Positions 19,578 to 29,989 of a stretch of DNA of 64,000 bases are shown here, piece by piece (position 1 is the first letter of the stretch; each line of letters begins with the position of its first letter). This DNA is from Gemmatimonas sp. GTDB taxonomy: Bacteria; Gemmatimonadota; Gemmatimonadetes; Gemmatimonadales; Gemmatimonadaceae. The translations under genes and the position numbers were made by a program. The stretch is taken from positions 4,384,001-4,448,000 of the forward strand of contig OZ257156.1 in assembly GCA_965279375.1 (NCBI GenBank). Direction: 5' to 3'. Below the pieces are notes generated by a model that searched no databases, had not been told where the DNA came from, and worked only from the letters and a program-made list of their open reading frames with translations.

Positions 19578-21647
19578 TCAGGTCGAGAGCGACAACCGAC
19601 TGTCGAGTCGAGCGCGCACGGCCGCCGAAAGTCCCGCGGCATTGAACGGCTTCTGCAGAAACGCCACACCGAATTCGCCCAATTGCTGCTGCACCGAATC
19701 CGTTTCGCCGTAGCCTGACATCAGGATGACGGGCACCTCGGGGTGCGATGCACGCAGTCGCTGTGCGAGGACGACGCCGCTGACCGTCGGCATCATTACG
19801 TCGCTCAGCACGATGTCGACCTCGTGACCGTGTGTGGCCATCAGCGCGAGCGCCTCTTTGCCATCCTGTGCCACGAGCAAGCGATATCCTTTCGATCGCA
19901 GCACGCGCTCAACGACGTTGCGCACCGCAGGTTCATCTTCCGCGACCAAGATGCACTCCGCGCCACGCATTTCCGGCGACGGTGGCGTTGCGCTCTCCGA
20001 CTCGGGCGGTGCATCGCACTGCGGCAGGTACACATGAAACGTCGTCCCGCCGCTATCGGGGCTCTCCACGGTCACTCCGCCGCCGTGTTGCTGAACGATT
20101 CCGAAAACAGTCGAGAGGCCCAGCCCGGTTCCTTCGCCCAACGGTTTCGTGGTGAAGAACGGCTCGAAGATCCGCGGCATCACGTCGCGAGAGATGCCGC
20201 GTCCGGTATCCGATACGGACACGCAGATCCAGTGGCCTGGAGGGAGCAAGCCGAGTGGCGTGGCAGTCGCGGAGGTGAGGTACAGGCGTCGGCAGCTCAC
20301 GCGGATCACGCCGCCTTCCGGCATCGCATCGCGCGCGTTGAGCAACAGGTTCATGAACACCTGCTCCATTTGCGACGGATCCGCGTGCACGCGCATCGGC
20401 TGTTCATCGCAGGTCGCGCTCAGGCTGTGGCTGGCTGGCATCAATCGCTGCAACATCGGCAACACGGCATCGAGTGACGAACGAATCGCCATCACGCGCG
20501 GCTGCACCACCTGCTTGCGACTGAACGCGAGAAGTTGCTGGGTGAGCGCGCTCGCGCGTTGCGCGGCATCCCGGATCTCGTGGAGCTCGTCATGCCCGTG
20601 CGCGGTGTCGGGCAGCGTGTCCAGCAACAACTCGCAGTTCGCCCGCACCACCGTGAGCATGTTGTTGAAGTCGTGCGCAACGCCACCGGCCAACCCGCCG
20701 ATTGCTTCCATCTTCTGCGCCTGCTGCAGTTGACGCTCGCGCACAGCCAACGCCGTTCGCGACTGCCGGCGTTGCGTCACATCGTCTACGTAGACTGAAA
20801 GGCCGTGTCGCATCGGGACGGTGCGCAGCTCCAGCCAGCGACCGATCTCCGGAACGAACATCTCCGCACGCACCGGCCGACGGTGCTCCGCCGTCTCCAT
20901 CAGCACGCGTTCGATCTCCGTCGCACGCAGCGTCGGGAAGAGCGTCCAGAGGTTGAAACCCAGCATGCGTCGGCGCGGCACCCGCAACAGTCGTACGGCG
21001 CGTCGATTCACGAACGTGATGCGCCACGAGCGATCGATCGCGACGACTCCTTCGTTCATACTCTCGAGAATGTCGTAGCTGTGCGCCGGCAGTCCCTCGG
21101 CCGCCACGGACGGATCCTGCGAGCGGTCTTCCCGATACGATAGTTCGCTACGCAACTCCAGATCCGACGACACCGCAATCGCGAGACGTCGGAGCAGCAA
21201 CTCATCATTCGCCGTCCACTCTCGCGGCTCGTGCGTGATGGCGCAGAGCGAACCCAGCGTGTGGCCGGACGACGTGGTGAGCGGGACACCGAGATAGCCA
21301 ATCACGCCGAGCTCGCGCACGAGCGGGTATTCGCAAACGAGCGCGTGCTCACGGGTATCCGTGATGCGCAGCACCTGTCCGCTCGCGACCACGTGCTGGC
21401 AGATGGATTGCGCGACGGGTGTCTCGGGGCACGCGAGCAGCGACGCCGGCAATCCCGTTGCGCCGACAAAGTGCTGGCGTTCGTCGTCTACCAGCGACAC
21501 CAGCGCCACCGGGACGGACAACACATCCGCGACGATGCGCGTGATGTGAGCGTACGGAGCTTCCGGGAACGCCCGCGCTCGAGCCGCTTCCGCGAGGACG
21601 CGAAGCCGAGTCGGATCGTTCAGGGTGGCGAGGTGAGACGAGGACAT
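19578..21647 (-). CDS. Cytoplasmic hybrid histidine kinase (GAF-PAS-HisKA-HATPase-REC)
   Basis: GAF region GYLGVPL/GSLC; AHDFNN; NARDAM; DTGRG; FFTTK; GTGLGL; REC AEDE/DVMMP/KPF. Confidence 0.93.
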   Translation of the reverse strand: MSSSHLATLNDPTRLRVLAEAARARAFPEAPYAHITRIVADVLSVPVALVSLVDDERQHFVGATGLPASLLACPETPVAQSICQHVVASGQVLRITDTREHALVCEYPLVRELGVIGYLGVPLTTSSGHTLGSLCAITHEPREWTANDELLLRRLAIAVSSDLELRSELSYREDRSQDPSVAAEGLPAHSYDILESMNEGVVAIDRSWRITFVNRRAVRLLRVPRRRMLGFNLWTLFPTLRATEIERVLMETAEHRRPVRAEMFVPEIGRWLELRTVPMRHGLSVYVDDVTQRRQSRTALAVRERQLQQAQKMEAIGGLAGGVAHDFNNMLTVVRANCELLLDTLPDTAHGHDELHEIRDAAQRASALTQQLLAFSRKQVVQPRVMAIRSSLDAVLPMLQRLMPASHSLSATCDEQPMRVHADPSQMEQVFMNLLLNARDAMPEGGVIRVSCRRLYLTSATATPLGLLPPGHWICVSVSDTGRGISRDVMPRIFEPFFTTKPLGEGTGLGLSTVFGIVQQHGGGVTVESPDSGGTTFHVYLPQCDAPPESESATPPSPEMRGAECILVAEDEPAVRNVVERVLRSKGYRLLVAQDGKEALALMATHGHEVDIVLSDVMMPTVSGVVLAQRLRASHPEVPVILMSGYGETDSVQQQLGEFGVAFLQKPFNAAGLSAAVRARLDSRLSLST

Positions 21648-21866
21648 GCAGGGAACCGGCCCGTATGTGGGACTTGCGCCGGTTCATCGTCGGACCTGTC
21701 GCAGCTGTGCTACTGTAGACGACCAATCGCAACAAAGGTTCCCGCGCCTGCGGTCAACCGTCACGCCACCGGCAAAGTCGTTCTGCTCCCGGTGTTCGCA
21801 CGCGATTGGCCTTGTGAATCCGCGAGGCATGCGAGCACCACGTGCGATACTCGTCCCACCATCCGC

Positions 21867-24221
21867 TCAAAACTCCCAGTTGATGCCGATCGTCGGAAAC
21901 ACGCCGAGTCCGGACTGCTTTTCCAGCGTGCGCGTGCGCGGGTTCCATTGAAAGCCGCTGACGTTCGCGCGACCAGTGAGATTCTGTACGTCGATGAAAG
22001 TGACGAACTGCGTTCCACGCAGTACCCAACGCCTGTCGATGCGCCCGTCGATTGCGAGAAAGAACGGCAGACGCTGGTCGTTGTAGCGCGTGTAGTCGAG
22101 CGTGCCCGCGCGAACGCCAGACGTGGCGAACGGCGTGTACGGCAAGCCCGTCGAACTACGAAGTCGTCCGCTGAATTCCCAACGTGCGCTGGGACGCCAT
22201 CCACCCACCAGATTCGCGATCACCGGCGAGTCGAAGGCGCCGCGTGTGGAGGTGCCGTCCAGACCCGTGAATCGCGTGCGAGAGATGCTGATGCTCGCCA
22301 AGCCATACACTGGCACCACGCCCAGCTTCTTCTGCACCAGCAGCTCGGCGCCAACCACACTGCCTGTTCCGGCGCTGCGCAGCGGCTCGAGCCCGAAGGG
22401 AATGTCCGCCGTCACGTCGTCGAAGCCGGATGGCTGCAACACCGCGTTGCGACGAAACGCACGGGCCGGATAGTTCGCGTAACGCTTGGCGTATCCCTCC
22501 ACTTGCCAGCGCCACTCCGATCCCACAAGGCGCTGCAGTGCGAGCACCAGTTGGTCCGCGCGCAATGGCTGCAGCTCGCGCGTGTTGCTGGAATCGCCCG
22601 TCAGCCAGATATACGACGGCGCCTGATAGTACCGGCCGGCGCTCAGCGTCAACGTTGTCGGCGCGTTGAGCGCAAGCGTCGCACTCAGTCGCGGAGCGAT
22701 CGTGAATCGATTGCGCAGGAACGCGTAGTAGTCGCCACGAAGGCCAGCAGTGACACGCAACGCCTGTGTCGCCTGCACAGAGGCCTGCGCATAACTCGCG
22801 TTGCGAACAGCGGTGAACGACGTGTCCACACGCAACGCACGCGGCACGCCATTCTCATCGAGTCGCGCGAATGCCGGCACGCGCAAATCGTATCGCAGGC
22901 GATCCGCGAACTTTGCGATGTTGCCGACATCGAGCTCCACTTTGGGACTCAGTTGCCACGTGACGTCGGTACGCAGCGAGTTCTCCGCCTCGGTACTGTT
23001 CGCGGTGAACACCGGATTGGGCGGCGTGAGCGAGTCGTACTGCGCGGTCGCGTAGCGCGTCCAGGTCCGGCCCAGCGTCGTCGTTGCCACGCCGGTGCCG
23101 AATAGGCGCTTCCAGGTGAGGCCCGTGAAGTACTGATCCTGCGAAGTGCCAAGGATGCGGCTGTTGTCGACGCGATCATCGGCCTTGTCGTTGTTGAAAT
23201 TCACATCATCGAGCGCGCCAACCGCCAGCCACGACACCACGTCCTTCTTCGTTGGACGCCATGTCGCTTTGAAGGTCGCGTCGGTGTAGGTCGGAATGAA
23301 CGCGACGCCGAGCGCCTTGAACAGCAAGTCGAGATAGCTCCGTCTGACGTTGAACAGGAAGGACGCATCCTTGCCGAGCGGACCCTCGACGATACCGCCG
23401 TACTGCGACGCAGCCAGGTTCACTTCCCCCGACATGCGTTCGCGATTGCCCTCGCGCAACGTGAGATTCGTGACCGATGACACCCGGTCACCGTAGCGCA
23501 CACCGAATCCACCCGTGGAAAGCGATACGTTGTCGATGAACCGGATATTCATCAGCGAGATCGGTCCGCCGGTGGTGCCCTGCGTACCGAAGTGATTGAT
23601 GTTCGGGACTTCGAGGTTGTCCACGACGAACAGGTTCTCGTACGACGCGCCACCGCGCACGAACAAGTCATTGCGACCGCCCGTCGTGGATGCGACACCC
23701 GGCGCGATCGAGATCGCCTGCACGACATCCTCGAGCGCGCCCGGCGTACGACGCAGCTCTTCGGCGGAGAGCCCGATCGACGAGACCGGGGTGGACGACG
23801 GCGGCAGTGCGGGAAAGGCCGTCGGCCGCACGTCGATCGTGCTCAGACGCAGCGTGGAACGCGTCAGCGCGATCGCCACCACGACCGGCTTACCCGCACT
23901 GACAGCCACGTCGGACTTGAACAGCGGCGTGTAGCCGATGCGCCGAATCTCGAGCGTCACGATCCCCGGCCGCACCCCCCGCAGCGTGAAGCGTCCCGCG
24001 TCATCGGTTTGGACGCCAATCTCCTGTCCGACCACGCGAATCGCCGCATCGCTCAGCGGCTCTTCGGTGACGGCATCGTAGACGCGGCCGGAGATGATGC
24101 CGCTGGCCTGCACTGGCGCGGCCGGCGGTGCCTGTAAGACGCCGACCCGAGGGCTGATCGCGCTCAACCGAACCGGGAGCGCGAGTACAGCGAGAGCAAT
24201 GGTGAATGATGCGCGAATCAT
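21867..24221 (-). CDS. TonB-dependent receptor with N-terminal carboxypeptidase-regulatory-like domain
   Basis: Signal peptide; plug VRGG...NHF; C-terminal IGINWEF. Confidence 0.9.
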   Translation of the reverse strand: MIRASFTIALAVLALPVRLSAISPRVGVLQAPPAAPVQASGIISGRVYDAVTEEPLSDAAIRVVGQEIGVQTDDAGRFTLRGVRPGIVTLEIRRIGYTPLFKSDVAVSAGKPVVVAIALTRSTLRLSTIDVRPTAFPALPPSSTPVSSIGLSAEELRRTPGALEDVVQAISIAPGVASTTGGRNDLFVRGGASYENLFVVDNLEVPNINHFGTQGTTGGPISLMNIRFIDNVSLSTGGFGVRYGDRVSSVTNLTLREGNRERMSGEVNLAASQYGGIVEGPLGKDASFLFNVRRSYLDLLFKALGVAFIPTYTDATFKATWRPTKKDVVSWLAVGALDDVNFNNDKADDRVDNSRILGTSQDQYFTGLTWKRLFGTGVATTTLGRTWTRYATAQYDSLTPPNPVFTANSTEAENSLRTDVTWQLSPKVELDVGNIAKFADRLRYDLRVPAFARLDENGVPRALRVDTSFTAVRNASYAQASVQATQALRVTAGLRGDYYAFLRNRFTIAPRLSATLALNAPTTLTLSAGRYYQAPSYIWLTGDSSNTRELQPLRADQLVLALQRLVGSEWRWQVEGYAKRYANYPARAFRRNAVLQPSGFDDVTADIPFGLEPLRSAGTGSVVGAELLVQKKLGVVPVYGLASISISRTRFTGLDGTSTRGAFDSPVIANLVGGWRPSARWEFSGRLRSSTGLPYTPFATSGVRAGTLDYTRYNDQRLPFFLAIDGRIDRRWVLRGTQFVTFIDVQNLTGRANVSGFQWNPRTRTLEKQSGLGVFPTIGINWEF

Positions 24222-24279
24222 GACCACAAACTAGCTGAAGCAGGTTGGGACGGCCTCAGCGTTTCCACCACGATGGACG

Positions 24280-24828
24280 CTACGCCGTCTGAATTGGCTG
24301 CGCCTCAGTCGTTTGCTGATGCGCCTCGACGAACCAGAGCCACTGGTCAATACCACGGGAGACCTGGGTCATCAGGTCGGCCGTGCCGTCGTCTTCGAGT
24401 TCGATCATCTCGCCGACACAGATGCGCACCGACCGGCCAAACGACGCCAGCGCATCCGACAGTGCCGCCACATGCTCGTCACCCGTGTGCAGGCGCGCCG
24501 GATAATCCGGCAGCGTCGTGCGCTCGGCCGCCATGCGAACCGTGCCCTCGGCAATGCCACCGAGCTGCACCAGACGTTCGGCGATCAAGTCGACGTACGA
24601 CTCGACAGCCTCGTTGATCTCGTCGAACAGCTTGTGCAGCGAGATGAACTGGGGGCCCTTCACGTTCCAATGCGCCTGCTTGCACTGCGACTGGAGGTCG
24701 ATGCAATCGGCCAGCCGCGCGTTGCACAGCGAAATGACTTCGACCCGGGTGTCCTGCGGGAGATCGTTCTTGGTGTGATAGAGAACGTCCGTGACAACGT
24801 GCGAGAGTTCGTTGGCTGACTGCGACAT
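24280..24828 (-). CDS. dps: DNA starvation/stationary-phase protection protein Dps
   Basis: KQAHWNVKGPQFISLHKLFDE, DLIAER, LWFVEAH. Confidence 0.95.
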   Translation of the reverse strand: MSQSANELSHVVTDVLYHTKNDLPQDTRVEVISLCNARLADCIDLQSQCKQAHWNVKGPQFISLHKLFDEINEAVESYVDLIAERLVQLGGIAEGTVRMAAERTTLPDYPARLHTGDEHVAALSDALASFGRSVRICVGEMIELEDDGTADLMTQVSRGIDQWLWFVEAHQQTTEAQPIQTA

Positions 24829-24874
24829 TGCGCGGCTCCGGCTGGGAGGTGAGGAGAGAACTTCCCCGCCATGG

Positions 24875-24891
24875 TGCAAGTTGCAGACCCA
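24875..24891 (-). promoter_or_regulatory. Candidate sigma54-type (-24/-12) promoter of dps
   Basis: TGGGTCTGCAACTTGCA gives GG-N10-GC with TTGC, ending about 47 nt before the ATG. Confidence 0.4.
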
Positions 24892-24980
24892 GCGGATTCC
24901 GCCCGCCGCGGTGCGGTGCCTAGTTTTCACCGTAGCCAGCGACCGCCGCGCGCCTCTGTCCCAGTCCCGTGCCCCCTGTC

Positions 24981-25322
24981 ATGCCGATTCGCCCGTTAGC
25001 CCAGCAGTCCGACGAGCAGCTCCGTGCCGCGCTCGACGCGCAAGACGTGGTCGTGATCTACAAGCACAGCCCGACTTGCGGCCTGTGCGATATCGCCATC
25101 GCCGAGGTCGAAGCGTTCGTCGCCGTCAGCCCCGAGACGCCCGTGTGGATGGTGGACGTGCTGAGCCAGCGTCCGCTCTCGCAGCGGATTGAAGCAATGA
25201 CCGGCGTGCGGCACGAGTCGCCGCAGATTCTGCTGTTCCGTCGCGGCGAACAGATCTGGAACGGATCGCACCGCCGCGTGACGCGCGCGAAGATCGAGGA
25301 AGCGCTCTCCGCCGCACCCTGA
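24981..25322 (+). CDS. ytxJ: YtxJ/BrxC-like thioredoxin-fold protein
   Basis: KHSPTC, RPLSQRI, GVRHESPQ, WNGSH. Confidence 0.8.
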   Translation: MPIRPLAQQSDEQLRAALDAQDVVVIYKHSPTCGLCDIAIAEVEAFVAVSPETPVWMVDVLSQRPLSQRIEAMTGVRHESPQILLFRRGEQIWNGSHRRVTRAKIEEALSAAP

Positions 25323-25395
25323 CCGTGCCTTCCCCGTTGGCGACCGATCCCGCAGTTTGTGTCCTTGGTAGCTGTCCCCCCTCGCCCTGATCGAC

Positions 25396-26598
25396 ATGCA
25401 CAGCTGCGTGACTGCTCGCTCCTCCGCCGTTCGTCCGACCTCGCGTCGATCGATTGCTGCTCTCTGGGGCGTCGCGCTCGCGCTCGCCGCGTGCAAGGGA
25501 GATTCCACGGCGCCCAGCAAACCGGTGGCGTCGGTTGCGGTGACCCCCAAGAGTTCGAGCGTCCTCGTTGGTGAGCGAGTGCAGCTGACAGCGCAGCCGC
25601 TCGATGCGGCCGGAAGCCCGGTTGGCGGCAAGACGATCACCTGGCGCTCGGTTGACGCGTCGGCCGCAACCGTGTCGTCCGGCGGTCTCGTGACCGCGAT
25701 TGGACCGGGAACCGTGACGGTGCAGGCGCTGGCGGACAACATCATCGGCAGCGCGGAGTTCGTCATCACCGCGCCCGTGGCAACTGTTCTCGTCTCCGGT
25801 AACACGGGCGTGCTGCTCGTTGGCGGTACGCTGCAGCTGAATGCGGTGCCTCGCGATGCCGCCGGCAATGTGCTGCCGTCGCGACCAGTCACCTGGACGA
25901 CGTCCGCACCGAATGTCGCCACGGTCAGCAGCGTCGGACTGGTCACCGGCGTGTCCGCCGGCACGGTCACGATTACCGCCACCTCCGAAGGCAAGTCCAC
26001 CGCCACCACGATGACCGCCGTCGCCGTGCCACCGCCGGTGGCGAGCGTCACGGTGACGTCAGCAGCGACCGCACTGCTGGTCGGCGGCACGCAGCGGCTG
26101 ACCGCGACCGTCTTCGACAGCCAAGGGGCGACGCTGACCAACCGCACGATCACGTGGGGCACCTCCAACTCGGCGATCGCCCGCGTCGATTCGACCGGCC
26201 TCGTCACGATGCTGACGACCGGACTCGTGCGCATCACGGCCAACAGCGAAGGGCGCAGTGGTTCCCTGCTCCTCGCCGCGCTGCGGGCATTGCTGGTCAA
26301 CGTGCCGCTGACGATCGCGTCGCCGGCCAGCCTGTCGCAGTTCTTCTTTGTGGACGTACCCGCGGGGACGACGCAGCTGATCATCAGCTCGACGGGCGGC
26401 ACTGGCGATCCGGATATGTACATCTACCGTGCCGGCGCGTCGCCACAGAGCCCGGGAGCGGTGGTCTGCGCCTCCGAAGCCGATGGCCCGATTGAATCCT
26501 GCACGATCAACACGCCGACGGCTGGTCGCTGGATGGTCGAGATGAGTGCCTTCACCGCGTTCTCCGGCGTGCAGCTGCGCGCGGCCACCACGCCGTAG
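25396..26598 (+). CDS. Lipoprotein with three Big_2 Ig-like repeats and a C-terminal PPC domain
   Basis: LAAC lipobox; three PVA(S/T)V...W...ATV..GLVT repeats; GGTGDPDMYI...C...ESC PPC-like domain. Confidence 0.85.
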   Translation: MHSCVTARSSAVRPTSRRSIAALWGVALALAACKGDSTAPSKPVASVAVTPKSSSVLVGERVQLTAQPLDAAGSPVGGKTITWRSVDASAATVSSGGLVTAIGPGTVTVQALADNIIGSAEFVITAPVATVLVSGNTGVLLVGGTLQLNAVPRDAAGNVLPSRPVTWTTSAPNVATVSSVGLVTGVSAGTVTITATSEGKSTATTMTAVAVPPPVASVTVTSAATALLVGGTQRLTATVFDSQGATLTNRTITWGTSNSAIARVDSTGLVTMLTTGLVRITANSEGRSGSLLLAALRALLVNVPLTIASPASLSQFFFVDVPAGTTQLIISSTGGTGDPDMYIYRAGASPQSPGAVVCASEADGPIESCTINTPTAGRWMVEMSAFTAFSGVQLRAATTP

Positions 26599-26605
26599 CG
26601 CGTCG

Positions 26606-27313
26606 GTGTCGCGCACGCTCGATCGCTATCTCAGCAAGCTCGGGTACGGCACGCGCCGTGAAGTGGCGTACCTGTTTGCACAGCAGCGCGTCACCGATGC
26701 CGAAGGCGCCGCCCTCGAGCCCGAAGCGCCGACGTCGCACGAGAACACACGCGTCGATGGCGCGCCGCTCGATCCACCGCCCGGCGCGCTGATACTCCTC
26801 CACAAACCCGTGGGCTACGTCTGCTCCACCACCGACGCGAGCCCGGTCGTGTACGAGCTGCTTCCACCGCGCTTCCGGGATCGCGATCCGATCATGGCAC
26901 CCATCGGCCGCCTCGATCGCGACACGTCGGGGATGCTCCTCATCACCGATGACGGTCCGCTCAACCATCGGATTGCGTCACCCAAACGCCACCTTCCCAA
27001 GCGCTACATCGCCGAGCTGGCCAGTGATCTGCGCGGCGACGAAGCCGTGGCGTTCGCCAGTGGCACCCTCATGCTGGAGCGCGAGACAGAGCCGCTGCGT
27101 CCAGCGTCGCTCGAGGTGCTGGGTCCGCGACGAGCGCGCCTGACCATCACCGAAGGGCGCTACCACCAGGTGCGCCGCATGTTCGCGGCCGTTGGCAATC
27201 ACGTGGTGGCGTTGCATCGCGATGCGATCGGTTCGCTGGCATTGGGCGACCTTGCCCCAGGCGCGTGGCGAATACTGTCGAACGACGAACGTCCCCTCGT
27301 CACGCCGCCATAA
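26606..27313 (+). CDS. rsuA: RsuA-family rRNA pseudouridine synthase
   Basis: LHKPVGY, GRLDRDTSG, EGRYHQVRRM. Confidence 0.88.
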   Translation: MSRTLDRYLSKLGYGTRREVAYLFAQQRVTDAEGAALEPEAPTSHENTRVDGAPLDPPPGALILLHKPVGYVCSTTDASPVVYELLPPRFRDRDPIMAPIGRLDRDTSGMLLITDDGPLNHRIASPKRHLPKRYIAELASDLRGDEAVAFASGTLMLERETEPLRPASLEVLGPRRARLTITEGRYHQVRRMFAAVGNHVVALHRDAIGSLALGDLAPGAWRILSNDERPLVTPP

Positions 27314-27347
27314 GCTTCGCCGCAACGTCGATCCAGCCCGACGTCGT

Positions 27348-28541
27348 CTAACGTCGCGTTGCGGAGAGGACCTTGAAACGCGCACAGTCATGCACCGTGC
27401 GCACGTGGCCAAAGAGATCAGTCAGCGGCTGCTCGTACGGAAGCGTGCGATTGGCTACCAGAAATAGCGCACCGCCCGGTCGCAACACGAGATACGCGTC
27501 GCGCATGAACTGCATCGGCACGTTGAGCGCAGTCGATTTGCCCACGTGAAACGGCGGATTGGTCACCACCACGTCGAACTGCTCCCCAAGCACCGCCACG
27601 GCGATATCGCTGCACATCGCGCGCGCATCCGAGACGCCGGCACCCTGCACCGTGCGCTGAGTCGAACGAATGGCTTCGACGTCGGCGTCCACCAACGTGA
27701 CCGGGCCGCCGCCGGACAGTCGGCTGGCGACGACCCCCAGCGGTCCGGCGCCACAGCCCAGATCCAGCACGGACGCCTGCGAAGGAATCTCCATGCACGC
27801 GCTCAGCACCTCCGTGGCTTCGTCGAGATGCTCCCATGAGAAGACGCCGGGACGCGTGCAGAGGGTGAGCGCGGCGCCGCGCAGTGTGGCGTCGATCTCG
27901 TGAAATGCGTCAGGCGCGAGGAACGGACTCGTCAACTCGGACGCTTCCGGCAGCGACTCGGTGCGCTTGGTTGCCGCAACGACGCGATAGCCGCTTTCGC
28001 TGGCGAGCACCTGACAGTTGCCGAAGATGACTTCCAGCAGACGCGCAGCGCTCTTGGCGCCCTCGTTGGTGGCCCCGGCGATGGTGCACCGCCCACCGAT
28101 GCGCAGCAGTCGCCACGCATCCACCAGCAGCTGCAACTGCGCGAGCTTCTCGTGCGGAATTCGCACCGCCACAACATCGGCCACCGTGTCCGCAGGAAAG
28201 GCGTGACTGCCCTGCGCGAGCGTGACCGTGCCCTGCGTCAGTTCGTTCAGTGCGAGTGTACGCTCCGTCGCCTGGAACGACAGGACGTTTCGATCGGCGA
28301 GAAGCACGCGTGACGCGTCGCCAACCATCAGCGCCGCCGCGCCGAAGAGACCGTTGCCGCAATTCAGCTGCACCACGACGTCGCCGGATGCGATGGTGGT
28401 GTAGCGCGCGAGGAGCAGCGCCGCGGGATCGATGGTGCCGTGCGAAAACGCGCCCGGCTTGGAGGCGAAGCGCACGCGCCGCCCGCCGATCGGCGCGGCG
28501 CCCGACTGCCACGCGTGATAGCTGACCGAGTTCTGTGTCAC
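27348..28541 (-). CDS. RsmC/RlmG-like SAM-dependent methyltransferase (duplicated MTS domains)
   Basis: PGVFS, VLDLGCGAG, TNPPFH, VANRTLPY; degenerate N-terminal copy. Confidence 0.85.
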   Translation of the reverse strand: MTQNSVSYHAWQSGAAPIGGRRVRFASKPGAFSHGTIDPAALLLARYTTIASGDVVVQLNCGNGLFGAAALMVGDASRVLLADRNVLSFQATERTLALNELTQGTVTLAQGSHAFPADTVADVVAVRIPHEKLAQLQLLVDAWRLLRIGGRCTIAGATNEGAKSAARLLEVIFGNCQVLASESGYRVVAATKRTESLPEASELTSPFLAPDAFHEIDATLRGAALTLCTRPGVFSWEHLDEATEVLSACMEIPSQASVLDLGCGAGPLGVVASRLSGGGPVTLVDADVEAIRSTQRTVQGAGVSDARAMCSDIAVAVLGEQFDVVVTNPPFHVGKSTALNVPMQFMRDAYLVLRPGGALFLVANRTLPYEQPLTDLFGHVRTVHDCARFKVLSATRR

Positions 28542-28582
28542 GAGAGCCTCGCGCGCGACCGTTCGGCGAAGCGACCGCACGC

Positions 28583-28618
28583 CATACGGCACATCACACA
28601 GCACATCATACGGCACAT
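28583..28618. repeat. Three 12-bp tandem repeats
   Basis: CATACGGCACAT CACACAGCACAT CATACGGCACAT. Confidence 0.8.
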
Positions 28619-29871
28619 CAGGCGCGTGCGAGCTCCTTGAGCGCACTCACGAACGTGTCCAGCTCAGCCGTGGTCGTGAACAGCTGCGGCGTGATGCGCA
28701 CGCCTCGTACCCCGGCCGAGTTGATGGCGACCGTCCAGACGCGGTACTTGGCGAGCAGCGTCTTGGCGAGATCGCCCGGCATCATGCTGGCGATACCGAC
28801 GTTGGCGATCGCGCATGACCGGGTGGGATCGGTGGGCGTGTTGAGCACGATGTTGGGTACGCCTCGCACTTTCGACGTCCAGTACTGCTGCAGATAGCGC
28901 AGGCGCGCTTCCTTGCGCTGGATCCCGATGGCGTTGTGGAAGTCGATCGCGTTGCCGATCGCCAGGTCCGTGTGCACGGGATGCGTGCCGGTGTGATTGA
29001 GCTTGCGGATGTCCGTCTCGGCGACGCCTTCGTCTGCAAAGATCGGCCACAGCCCGGCGACGTTGTCCTTGCGCACGTACAGCAGCCCCGCGCCCAACGG
29101 CGTGCCAAGCCACTTGTGAAGGCTGGCGCCGTAGTAGTCGCAGCCGAGGTCGGGGATGCGGAAGTCGAGCTGCGCAAACGCGTGCGCGCCGTCCACCATC
29201 ACCTTCACGCCATGGCGATGGGCCATGTCGGCGATCTTGCGCACAGGGAGGATGTGCCCGGTGATGTTCACCATGTGGCACACCATCAGCAGGCGTGTGC
29301 GCGGCGTGATCGCATTCTCGTAGAGCGCGACGATCTCGTCATCCGACTTGGGGTCCATCGGCAGCGAGACGACCGTGTTGCTGATTCCGTAGCGGCGGCC
29401 CTGCAGCTTGAACATGTCGAGCATGGCGCCGTAGTCCTGCGCCGCCATGATGGCGTGATCGCCGGCCTTCCAGTCGAAGCCGGCAATCACGGTGTCGAGC
29501 GACTCGGTCGTGTTGCGCGTGATGATCAGCTCGTCCACGCCGCAGCCGGCGAGTTCGGCCAGGCGTGTGCGCGCCGCGAGCTTGTCGTTGGTCTGGCGCG
29601 TGCGCATGTAGTACGCCGCCTGGTAGTTGACCTCGCGCACCTTTCCGATGAACGCCTCGAGCACCGGCTCCGGCTGCATGGAGTAGTAGCCGTTCTCGAG
29701 ATTGATGTAGTCGGGTGTCAGGCGGTACTTGCTGCGCAGCTGCGACCAGAAGTCATCGTCGAGCGCAAGTTCGGCGTGCGTGCGCTCCGCCATCCGAGCG
29801 AGCAGATCATCGCCAAGGAAAAGCCCCATGGATGATCCGCCCACGATGCGAAGGAATTCGCGTTTCTTCAC
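28618..29871 (-). CDS. Class V PLP-dependent aminotransferase (isopenicillin-N-epimerase-like) with a Tat-like signal
   Basis: NTTE, VDGAH, SLHKW (PLP Lys); N-terminal KKREFL. Confidence 0.88.
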   Translation of the reverse strand: MKKREFLRIVGGSSMGLFLGDDLLARMAERTHAELALDDDFWSQLRSKYRLTPDYINLENGYYSMQPEPVLEAFIGKVREVNYQAAYYMRTRQTNDKLAARTRLAELAGCGVDELIITRNTTESLDTVIAGFDWKAGDHAIMAAQDYGAMLDMFKLQGRRYGISNTVVSLPMDPKSDDEIVALYENAITPRTRLLMVCHMVNITGHILPVRKIADMAHRHGVKVMVDGAHAFAQLDFRIPDLGCDYYGASLHKWLGTPLGAGLLYVRKDNVAGLWPIFADEGVAETDIRKLNHTGTHPVHTDLAIGNAIDFHNAIGIQRKEARLRYLQQYWTSKVRGVPNIVLNTPTDPTRSCAIANVGIASMMPGDLAKTLLAKYRVWTVAINSAGVRGVRITPQLFTTTAELDTFVSALKELARA

Positions 29872-29989
29872 GTACCGCTCCTGGAGTCGAGGCCGACTGC
29901 GTCGAGGACCACACGTAGGACGCGGCTACAGTTCCCGCCGCGTCCGACCCGCCCCAAACATATCCGCCCCGTTCGCGACGCGCTCAGGT

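Noticed and set aside
25520..26260. Internal repeats of about 260 nt
   Set aside because: Ordinary tandem Big_2 Ig-like protein domains
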